Source of the DNA: Eledone cirrhosa
Taxonomy: Eukaryota
NCBI GenBank assembly: GCA_964016885.1
Contig: OZ024746.1
Coordinates: 30,690,001-30,754,000, forward strand
Length of the DNA: 64,000 bases
Direction: 5' to 3'
Positions 53,241-64,000 of this stretch are shown in pieces. The notes beneath the pieces were generated by a model. It saw nothing but the letters and a program-made list of their open reading frames with translations. It did not search any database and had not been told where the DNA came from. The position numbers and the translations under genes are program-made. Position 1 is the first letter of the stretch, and the number at the start of each line of letters is the position of its first letter.

Positions 53241-53728
53241 CATTTCTAATGAAAGATACTGTCTATGTCATTAACCTTTTTGTTGCCATACTTCTAATGA
53301 AAGGCAATGCTTATGGTTTTCAAATCATTTTGAAAATAGTCAAGAATTTGGCAGGAATTAGTATTATAACTAGCATTTTCATTATTAAGGTGGAACATAA
53401 CTTAACAAAGGTTCTTACATAAAGTGATGGAAGGTTTTCAGATAAATATAACAATTTACTCTTTCATTACCATATTTCTAATAAGACACTGTCCCTTATG
53501 ATTTTCAAATTATTTTGAAAACAATTAAGAATATAGAGGGATATGATAATATATCTTTCTCGTTATTTAGCTGCTGTATGGGACATAACTTAACAAAAGT
53601 ACTTATGTAAAATTTTACCAGAAGGTTTTTAGATAAATATAAACATCTTGAAACCAACAGCTTAGTATCATAGAATCAGCTGTTGTTTGGAATGAGAAGT
53701 GTTAGTCTAAAGCTCTAACAACTAAAAC

Positions 53729-53918
53729 ACTGTATATACTCATATATAAGCCAGGGAATATGTGACCAAAAGATCTCTGGTAAAATATGAGGTTGGCTTA
53801 TATATGACATCTAAACAATGTGTTAATTAGTTGCTTTGGTTTATAAACAGGGTTTGGGTTTTTGCCCATTTCTCAAACAATAAATCAGGGGGTTGGCTTA
53901 TATTCAAGTATATACAGT
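53729..53918. mobile_element. Tc1/pogo-type MITE
   Basis: ACTGTATATACTCATATATAAGCC ... GGCTTATATTCAAGTATATACAGT imperfect terminal inverted repeats, about 65 bp upstream of the LTA4H exon 2 acceptor. Confidence 0.6.
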
Positions 53919-53983
53919 AATTTCAAACTAAACTATTATTTTATAACTATGTTTATTCTTTCTATTTTCTATAACTTTTGCAG

Positions 53984-54123
53984 ATATTTGATACTAATCA
54001 GCTGAGTATTCGACGTGTATTCTGTAAGGAATCAGGCAAGAACCTTGAGTATGACATTGGTAAACCATTTGAGTCTTTTGGTTCCAAGTTGGAAGTAACA
54101 TTACCAAAAGGAGACAAACTCAA
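53984..54123 (+). CDS. LTA4H: LTA4H coding exon 2 (140 nt); gene continues beyond the window end
   Basis: Polypyrimidine tract and TTTTGCAG| acceptor, then IFDTNQLSIRRVFCKESGKNLEYDIGKPFESFGSKLEVTLPKGDKL, similar to LTA4H (V)LDT..L.I..V...Y..G.....GS..EI.LP. Donor AA|GTAAGA at 54124. Phase is compatible with exon 1. Confidence 0.87.
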
Positions 54124-55979
54124 GTAAGATTAGTCATTCTGATAATTTCTAATATCATTATTCCAATTCTTCGAAAACATTGAACCAGAATGTTCTAGTT
54201 GAGGATGAGACATAGTAGATTCTGTTACTCAAACATTATTACTATTGCCTTTCATCCTTACAGGGTCGATAAAATAAAGTACCAGTAATGCACTGGGTAA
54301 TTGCTGGCCTTGTGCCAAACGTAGAAACAATTATTATTATTGCAGTTGGTGGGGTTGGCAGTATCGGTAGAGAGTTGGACGCCATGCTTTGAAGCATAGA
54401 GTTATGTCCTTTTATGATCTGAGTTCAAATCCCGCCGAGGTTAACTTTGCATTTCATCCTTACGGGTTAGATAAAATAAAGTACCAGTAATGAACTGGAT
54501 AATTGCTGGCCTTGTGCCAAAAGTAGAAACAATTATTACTATTGCAATGGATTGGTAGTATGGTAGAGGGTCGGACGCCACGCTTTGCAGCATAGTTACG
54601 TCCCATTACGGTCTGAGTTCCAATCCCATCGAGGTTAACTTTGCCTTTCATCCTTACGGGGGTCAATAAGATTAAAGTACCAGTAATGCACTGGGATAAT
54701 TGCTGGCCTTGTGCCAAAAGTAGAAACAATTATTACTATTGCCGTTAGTAGTTTTATTTTTAATGTGTATTGTTACTGCATTACCGAGCACTGCTCTGTG
54801 TGCATTGGCTTTGTGCAGTGTTGTTGTTGTTGTTATTTCTATTGTATTGAAAGTACTCCATGTAATATGTGTATAGTGCCTAGTTGGGCTGTTCTTTGTA
54901 TGTTCTGTATATATGTAAGTACTGCAGTACTCTATTGTAATAGCTGTGCTATTTTCTGTATATTGTATATATTATATATGTAAGTACTGGAGTACTCTAT
55001 GTAATATGTGTTCTAGGGAGAGACAGGTTATCACATTCTGAAGCCAGATAAGTCAAATAACTGTCTTGTTCATATCTTCCATTCTGGCACAGTTTCCATT
55101 CTCTTGGCAAGAACAAAAAAGTGTGGAATGAATGATTGATTAAATATTTAGTTAGTATTTACAATTAAGTATTGACTTGGTCTGTCACAATTGGTCCAAC
55201 CCTTACTAACAGAGAAAACTGACTTTAAATGATGATGATGATGATGATGATGATGTTAAAATATACTTTATTCATGGGCCTTTGGGTTGTGGTTTAGTTT
55301 GAATGGGTCCTCTACCACCAACCCCTATCATAAGCTCCTGGATTATCTGGAAGTAATCAGCTGAAAACTAGAACAATCTTTGGTAAAGTTTGGTACTGCA
55401 GCTCTTAGAGTACATTTCAATTTAATGATTGCCATTCTGTAGTTCCTATCAAGTATCGCTGAGAGCAATGGAATTATGCATTGGTGCAGCAATGCATGCA
55501 TTGCAAGTGCACTTGTATGTTTGTACGTGTGCATGTAGGGGTAGGGGTTTATGTGTTAGCCTATGGATTGTGTGTGTGTGTGTATGTTAATGCATGTGTA
55601 TTAGTCAATGGATTAAGTGTGCATGTTAGTATGAGGATTATGTGAGTATGTTTAGGTGTGTATGTGTGTGTCTTAGTTTATAGATTAGGTGTGTGTTAGT
55701 CTGAGGATTATGTGTGTTAATGTGTGGGTTGAATGTGCTTAGGTGTGTGTATGTGTGTTAATATGTTGATGTGCATGCCTGTGTGTGGATTGGATATGTG
55801 TATGTATGTTAATGTCTGTATTAGTTTGTGAATATGAGTGTATGTGTATGCATGTTAATGTGTTCTGTGTGTCTATGTATGTTAATGTGAGTATTTGTGT
55901 TTAGGTATGTGTGTGTTAATGTATGTGTTAATGTGTATTACAGTCCTTAAGGGGTTTCTATTAGTGTGTATGTGTGCAT

Positions 55980-56228
55980 GTGTGTGTTACTGTGGTTAGG
56001 TGTGTCTATTAGTGTGTGTATATATATATATATGTGTGTGTGTTACTGTGGTTAGGTGTGTCTATTAGTGTGTGTATATATATATATGTGTGTGTGTTAC
56101 TGTGGTTAGGTGTGTCTATTAGTGTGTGTGTATATATATATATATGTGTGTGTTACTGTGGTTAGGTGTCTATTAGTGTGTATATATATATGTGTGTGTG
56201 TATTACTGTGGTTAGGTGTGTCTATTAG

Positions 56229-56277
<49 letters not shown>

Positions 56278-56308
56278 ATTACTGTGGTTAGGTGTGTCTA
56301 TTAGTATG

Positions 56309-56339
<31 letters not shown>

Positions 56340-56368
56340 TACTGTGGTTAGGTGTGTCTATTAGTATG

Positions 56369-56407
<39 letters not shown>

Positions 56408-56438
56408 ATTACTGTGGTTAGGTGTGTCTATTAGTATG

Positions 56439-56469
<31 letters not shown>

Positions 56470-56512
56470 TACTGTGGTTAGGTGTGTCTATTAGTGTGTA
56501 TATATGTGTGTG
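55980..56512. repeat. Compound minisatellite: constant ~27-bp core separated by variable (TA)n(TG)n tracts, about 9 copies
   Basis: Core TTACTGTGGTTAGGTGTGTCTATTAGT. Confidence 0.9.
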
Positions 56513-58797
56513 ACCAAGTATAGTGGCAGATAGTTCCTGTGCTCTATTGAATGATTAAAAATAGAGAAAAGAAATGTTTGCATGTCTCTAATTCTACAGA
56601 TATGGATGTGGTGGTACTGCTGCTGCTACTACTACTACTAATAATAATAATAATGATAATACTCACATCAGCCAGCTGTTGTCATTATTATTACCATCAA
56701 CTAGTTCAATATTTTAACCCTTTCATTACTATATTTTTAATTAGACACTGTCTGATTTTCAATTATATTTAAGATAAAAAAAATATTAAAGGATTTAGAA
56801 ATAAAGCTGACTTTCTCATTATTGAGCTGGTGTTAGGAACATAACTTTAAAAAGCTCTTACATAGAATCATGTTGAAGGTGAAAATTTAAACATAAGATT
56901 TAAAACAGTTTTCCTTCATAAAACCAAAGACAGTTCCAGAGAGGTTGGTATCAAAAAGAACATGACAACCTCTCTGGAGCTGGTGATCTGCATGATAAAA
57001 TCACCTAGTGCTTGCTTAACAAAAGGTTGGGAGGACCTTTCAGTTGTGTCAAAAACATGACAGTCTTTCTAGTGCTGATGCCAGAATAGAATGTACTTAG
57101 TAAAATGTGGAACTATGTTTAAGTGAGATACGAACCCCAGACTGTCTGGGAGATCAGTGGCCCACTTCAGTACTGACTCAGTCTGTAAAGACCCATCCAA
57201 CCCTTGCTAGCAGAGAAAGTTCAATGTTAAATAATGATAATTGTTTCTACTTTAGGCACAAGGCCAGCAATTACCCAGTGCATTACTGGTACTTTATTTT
57301 ATCGACCCTGTAAGGATGAAAGGCAAAGTCAACCTCGGCGGGATTTGAACTCAGATCGTAAAGGGACGTAACTATGCTGGAAAGCATGGCGTCCAACCCT
57401 CTACTGATACTGCCAATTCACTGTTAAATAATGATAATGAAGATATAACTACAGTTTTGAATTAGAAACTGTCACTGTTTCTTCTATGCAGAGAATCATA
57501 GGGGTAGTTGAAAAACAGTAGTTAATCTTTTCACTACCAAACCACCCGAAACCACCTCTCGTTTTACAATACAAAACTGATTATTTTAAAGTGTTTATAT
57601 TTATCTAAATATCTTCCATCATAATTTTATTATAAGAAGCCTTAAGTTATGTTTCAAACATCAACTAAACAACAGGAAAGTTAGTTATATTACTAAATCT
57701 CTCCAAATTCTCGATTTACAAAATGACTTGAAAATCATTGGCAGTGCCTCTCTAGAAATATGGTAACGAAAGGAGTTAATAATTATTTTAATATGGAGTT
57801 AATAAATAGTTAGTTGTTCTTTTTTTTATGGTTTTATTTTTTAAATAAACAAATAAAAGAATGAAATTTAAAAAATAAATTTATTTTTTCAAATATTTTT
57901 AATTCCTACTGAAAATGTTTTCATGGTGAAAATATGCAGGAAATTTTTCACTGATGAGAATTTAAGAAGTCTACGTGTTTGGATTCTCTCCTGGTTAGTT
58001 CTAATCCAGTAGACCTGTTGTTGTTTAGCCCTGAGTTAGTTCTGATCCAGTAGACCTGTTGTTGTTTAGCCCTCGGTTAGTTCTAATCCAGGAGACCTGG
58101 TGTTGTTGTTGTTTAGCCCTGGGTTCTGTTCCAAAGATATTTCAACTGTGATCACGACACCTCAGTAGTAGTATATTTAAGACTACATTAGCCAATGTAT
58201 ACTGTCCTTATTTAAATCAGTAATTATGGGATTAAGGGAGATGTAGTTGCTGTTGCTATTTTAGCTGGATGAGTGGTTGTAGTGGTGGTTCCTTCAATTA
58301 AATAACTACTATAGTTATTTGTCTTGAGTCACACCTCCATTTTACATATATTTACAATCTACCATATATTTTGAATTGAAGTTTGTAGGTGCAGTAGATA
58401 AGTCACACTTCCATTTTACATACAATATTTACAGTGTACGATATATTTTGAATTGAGGTTTTGTAGGCCCAGTAGATAAGTCACTGGTTTTCATGTCATA
58501 TTTTCCTGTGTGGCATGTGTGTGTGTGTGTATTATTTGCACAAATTAAAAGTTTAAGCAAACAATTTCTGCTTTCACCCTAAAGCAGGTTCTTCTGACAA
58601 ATATTTGGCTATTTTAAAAAGAAAATTAGTCTCCTGATTTTTTCAAAGCAGGAATTTGTTCTCCCTACTTCAATTAATGATGTAATTGGATATCTTATTC
58701 TCCTTGCATACATTTCACCGTATCTCAAGAGAATGTCTTCATGCGATACCATTATGACTTTCTATTTTCTAAAGGCAATATTTAGTCATAATAAAGA

Positions 58798-59022
58798 AGG
58801 CGTGTGGCTGAGTGGTTAGAGAATTGGATTCGCAATCGTAAGGTTGTGAGTTCAATTCCTGGACCAAGGCGATGCGTTATGTCCTTGAGCAAGACACTTT
58901 ATTTCACGTTGCTCCTTCTACCTGGAGTTGCGACCGATAGATAGTATTAGCAATTGGAAAGACCAACGGAAACATTGTTCCCTCGGTTCGATTTGACGAA
59001 AGTTGATCGTTCCTTTTTTTTT
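58798..59022 (+). mobile_element. tRNA-derived SINE whose 3' part is homologous to the 94-bp satellite unit
   Basis: A box TGGCTGAGTGG, B box GAGTTCAATTC; 3' GGAGTTGCGACCGATAGATAGTATTAGCAATTGGAAAGACCAACGGAAACATTGTTCCCTCGGT, ending in oligo-T. Confidence 0.75.
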
Positions 59023-59431
59023 AGTCATAATTCTTTTTATTTTTTTTTTTATATTTACATCAGCATCCATGGATTGATATTTCTCAGTTTCAAAACATTC
59101 TGCTTTAGAGTGAAAGCAGAAATTGTTTGCTTAAACTTTTAATCTGTGCTAATAATAAATGTGTTTATATATACTTATATATAAATAGTACCCTGTAACC
59201 CAATGTTACTCAGCCAGACAATTAAGTGTGGTGTAGGGGAGATGTAGCTGCTATTTCTAACAGGTAGTTTGACTATGTAGAGGTTCTGTTATGGCTCCAT
59301 AAATAGTGGTGGAGGGTGTAAGGGATATTTGGGATGTTTGACTATACATTTTATTTATTGTGTTTTGTCATAGACTGGGTTGGTGGGGGGGGGGGGTCTG
59401 TAAAGGTCCACTTGTACTGTACTGTATTGTA

Positions 59432-59470
<39 letters not shown>

Positions 59471-59474
<4 letters not shown>

Positions 59475-62189
59475 GAATGCACCTCCCAACAGAGACTGAT
59501 AATTAGCGACCTCATAGTCAGGACGAGACGTACTCGACAGCAGAAGAGGACTATCCTCAAGAGAAAAATATGGAAGCTAAAGGACCCCACAGCCAGAAAT
59601 AAATTTCAAAGCATATTTCTTGATGCTTTCGACAGTAAGGAAGAGCATTTAGAGTCGGACAATATAGAGGGACAGTGGGAATTCCTGAAAGCAAACCTGC
59701 TGATGGCGGCAGACGAAGTCTGTGGCCGGAGCAGGCCTATAGGCAGGAGGAGAGTAACATGGTGGTGGAACAGTAAGGTGGGGGAGTCGATTAAGGCCAA
59801 AAAGCTGGCTTGGAAAATATGGCGGGATGGGGGAAGTAGAGAAGACTATCAAGTGACCAGGAGGGAAGCTAGGAGACAAGTGTACTTCGCAAGAAGGGAA
59901 GCAGAGGAAAGAAAGTTCAAGCATGTTCTACAACGTGAGGTGTTCAGGATTGCTAGGCAATGTGTCAAGGAAAACCGTGATATTGTTGGGGAGAAGTGTG
60001 TACTAAATGATGATGGCGTACTCGCCATCACTGACGCTGATAAGGTCGCTTGGAAGTGTCACTACGAGAGGCTACTAAATGAGGAGAATAAATGGGAGAA
60101 GGATAGTCTCCCCCAGATCGATCCAATAGAGGACCAGCAGTGTTAGTTGAAGTTAGTATAATAAGTAAGGCAATCAAAGATATGAAGACGGGTAAGGCGG
60201 CTGGGCCTTCGGAAATAGTTGCTGAGATGCTGAAGGCCTCTGGAACGGTGGGACACACCATGGTCACCCGGATAGTAAACCAAGTCATACAGAATGGGGT
60301 TGTTCCGAAGGACTGGCGTAGCAGCATCATCATTAGCTGTTACAAGGGTAAAGGAGACGCCCTAGATAGGAGTAACTATAGAGGGATTAAATTAATCGAC
60401 CAGGTCATGAAAGTCACGGAAAAAGTAATAGTGCAACTAATCAGAGAGAGAATCGATCTAGATGAAATGCAGTTCGGGTTTGTGTCAGGCAAAAGTACTA
60501 CAGACGCTCTTTTCATTGTACGACAACTACAGGAGAAGTACCTAGCTAAAAGTAAACCCCTATACTTAGCATATGTCGACTTGGAGAAAGCCTTTGACAG
60601 AGTCCCCCGTTCCATTATCTGGTGGGCTCTTAGAAAACTAGGTGTTGACGAATGGCTTGTGAGAGCTATACAAGCCATGTATAAAGAAACAGTGAGCAAG
60701 GTTAGAATTAACAACGAATATAGTGAAGAGTTTAGCGTAAAAGTTGGTGTCCATCAGGGCTCTGTTCTTAGCCCCCTACTATTCATTATTGCTCTTCAGG
60801 CTATAACAGAGGAGTTCAAGACCGGCTGCTCATGGGAACTCCTATACGCAGATGACCTAACGCTCATAGCTGAATCAATGGCCGAGCTAGAGAAGAAATT
60901 CCAAACATGGAAGCACGGCCTAGAATCAAAAGGCCTTAAAATTAACTTGGCTAAGACTAAAGTTCTAGTTTGTAGGAAAGAAAATAAGGCACCGGTCCCT
61001 TCCAGGAAATGGCCATGCTCAGTGTGTAGGAAAGGCGTAGGTAGAAACTCCATTTTATGTCCCAAATGCAAAGTATGGGTGCATAAAAGATGTAGTGGGA
61101 TCACAGGTAAGCTAACTAAGAACACAGATTTTACATGTGGCCGGTGCTCTGGTGCAATAAGTAGCAGCAAGTGCCCACAAAATACTAGCTCTTTCAACTG
61201 CGCAGAGGGTTCTATAGAAATAGTGGACAGCTTCCGTTAGCTGGGTGACAAAATCAGCAGTGGGGGAGGGTGCTCCGAAAGTACAGTAGCTAGAGTCAGA
61301 ACTGGATGGAAAAAGTTCAGAGAGCTTATACCACTATTAGCCGCTAAAGGGTTCTCCCTAAAAATGAAAGGCAGGTTGTATGATGCCTGCATACGAACAG
61401 CAATGTTGCATGGCAGTGAGACCTGGGCATTGTGTGCAGAGGATATACGCAGACTAGAGAGGAACGAAGCTTGCATGCTCCGCTGGATGTGTAATAGTAA
61501 TATACGCGAACGGCAAAGCATAAACGAACTAAGGAAAAAATTAGAAATAAGAGGGATCAGATGTTGTTTACTCGAGAGAAGGCTACGTTGGTATGGTCAC
61601 GTGATGCGCATGAAAGACGACAGCTGTATAGCAAAGTGCAGGGCAATAAAGATAGACGGTAGCCACGGAGTAGGCAGACCCAGAAAAACCTGGGACGAGC
61701 TGATAAATTCCGACCTCACACACTTACACCTCTCCAAGACAATGTCACTGGACCGAGAGCTTTGGCGGTACTCAGTAATAGAGAAGACCCACCTTACCTG
61801 AATACAAAGTAAAACCTACTACAGTCAGTAGGCATCTCTAACAAAATACACCACCACCCCCACCCCATCCACACCGCCCCTTTCAATGTAAAGTTATGTT
61901 GGTGCCACAAAATCCAGGCCGAAACAAATGAGATCGTGTAGGTGTCACGACAAAAAAAAACACACAGTCCACGCTGTAATGTGACCGTGTAGGCAACACG
62001 GTAAAAACCTCCCAGCCCCACACTGTAAATGCGGTTGGTGTTAGGAAGGGCATCCAACTGTAGAAAACCCGCCAGACAGTCCTATGCGAGCAAGACAACC
62101 ACTCTTGCCTCAAGTGGGAAAACTCCCGTCCAAACCCATGCAAGCATGGAACATGGACGTTAAACGACGATGATGATGATGATGATGAT
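59471..62189 (+). mobile_element. RTE-clade LINE, 5'-truncated, with a frameshift and a premature stop, in LTA4H intron 2
   Basis: ORFs 59703-60146, 60140-61240 (RT, LLYADDL) and 61364-61801; 3'UTR and (GAT)n tail; (TA)n on both sides. Confidence 0.94.
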
Positions 62190-62244
62190 ATATATATATA
62201 TATATATATACAAGAAGCATTGTATAGTGGTATACATGATCAGC

Positions 62245-62530
62245 CTCTCATCTAGGATGTCACATGCTGTGACACCTACTCAAGTGGCAACCTGGTGCAT
62301 TCAACTACCAGCCCAGGCTCTGGTAGGTTTGTAGTAGCCTGTAGCAGTGTAGACTTCTGGCGTTCTTGGCTCCTGGATCATATCCCTACTTACTGCTATC
62401 GGGGCAGAGTTGGTTGCCTGCAGGTGCGAGCCCCACAAGGTGGAGTGGCTGTTTCAGCGTGCCTCCCTCATAGTCCTCCAGAGCAATGCATTCTCCATCA
62501 GCGGGGACCCAGCGGAGGGCAAGTTAGTTG
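62245..62530 (+). mobile_element. CRE-like LINE endonuclease C-terminal relic
   Basis: LI*DVTCCDTYSSGNLVH...PVAV*TSGVLGS...EPHKVEWLFQRASLIVLQSNAFSI; same family as 25770-26070. Confidence 0.65.
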
Positions 62531-63076
62531 GTGGTGGAGGATACTCGTTTGGATGTCACTTCAACAACTAAAGTATATTTACATATGAAGTAAAAGCCTC
62601 AGTCATAAGCTAACACACTTTCTAGCTCTGTATTATTACATATATATATGTGTATACACACACACACACACACGCGCACGCGCACGCGCACCTTGAAATA
62701 TACATGTGTAAGTGTGAGTATATATATATATATATACATACAGGAACAATAAAACAATGAACTCTTTCAATGCCCTCATCCACTACTTTATCACAAAAAT
62801 CTATGAACTTTAAACCTTTTGACCAAATTTTCTTCTCAACAATCTGCAAGAGGTCACAAGGTCATTGTCATGTCAATCATGTTGGTAATAGAAAATGGGA
62901 GGGGTTACATAGCTGCTCCTCCTCCTTGCTATATTATCTCTATTACTTTCTTTTCTTCCTCTCCCTCACTTTTGTCTGTCTTTGTTTCACTCTTTTTTTT
63001 TTTAAAGCTTTCTGTTGTGGGTTTTTCTCTTTCCACTCCTCCCCTTTTCATCATACACTTTACTCTTTCTCTTTTC

Positions 63077-63191
<115 letters not shown>

Positions 63192-63448
63192 GCGTGCGTG
63201 TGTGTGTGTTTAGCTCTCTACCACATTCTTATACATTACTCAATATCACTACCCATCTACACCATTACTCAATATCCTTCACTTCCTCTCCATCTCACCC
63301 CACCCCCACCCCACACACACACAGTGACACACAAACAATTTATTGATTCCAATGGTTACCAAGACAAATTCCTAGAATCCATACTTTTGTTGACACATTG
63401 AGTATTAACACACATATAATGTTCTAATGCAAACATTGATACATTTGT

Positions 63449-63930
63449 GCACATATCAACACATTCTCTCTCACTGAGACACAACACACATAAACTAAGT
63501 CACATGCACATATCAACACATTCTCTCTCACTGACACACAACACACATAAACTAAGTCACATGCACATATCAACACATTCTCTCTCACTGACACACAACA
63601 CACATAAACTAAGTCACATGCACATATCAACACATTCTCTCTCACTGACACACAACACACATAAACTAAGTCACATTGCACATATCAACACATTCTCTCT
63701 CACTGACACACAACACACATAAACTAAGTCACATGCACATATCAACACATTCTCTCTCACTGACACACAACACACATAAACTAAGTCACATTGCACATGT
63801 CAACACATTCTCTCTCACTGACAAACAACACACATAAACTAAGTCACATGCACATGTCAACACATTCTCTCTCACTGACAAACAACACACATAAACTAAG
63901 TCACATACACTATTACACATTCTCTCTCTC
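63449..63930. repeat. 57-bp minisatellite, about 8 copies
   Basis: CACATATCAACACATTCTCTCTCACTGACACACAACACACATAAACTAAGTCACATG; 19-aa periodicity in the ORF track. Confidence 0.92.
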
Positions 63931-64000
63931 ATTCAAATCTATGAAGTGGGTGGAAGTTGTGAAAGAGGAAGACCAAGGCAGACATGAGAGGTGGTTGTGA

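Noticed and set aside
55980-56512. CRISPR-like repeat-spacer appearance
   Set aside because: The spacers are only variable-length (TA)/(TG) microsatellites; eukaryotic context and no cas genes.
58798-58870. tRNA gene
   Set aside because: A and B boxes are present but continue into a SINE body; no intact cloverleaf is evident. The same applies to the other SINE heads.

Overview
Eukaryotic, AT-rich, microsatellite- and retroposon-dense DNA; the SINE/RTE repertoire suggests an octopod cephalopod (inference). Two divergently oriented genes are present as spliced exons. On the minus strand are two coding exons (3549-3274, 776-530) of a TRPV channel of the Inactive/OSM-9 type, which runs off the window start. 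On the plus strand are the first two coding exons (41684-41848, 53984-54123; neither listed in the ORF track) of leukotriene A4 hydrolase/M1 aminopeptidase, which runs off the window end. The rest is mostly decayed LINEs (RTE, R4/Dong-like, CRE-like, CR1-like), two tRNA-SINE families, piggyBac-type and Tc1/mariner-type relics, a Helitron-like element with an internal array, and minisatellites. Most ORF-track entries are microsatellite artefacts. The most notable signal is a set of short non-coding fold-back elements next to (TA)n. Two carry a recognisable minimal type I hammerhead ribozyme core (about 12078-12150 and 49479-49544), further hammerhead relics lie beside other TA tracts, and several copies share a 'palindrome plus one-sided tail' layout. 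This suggests a non-autonomous Penelope-like or retrozyme-like family.
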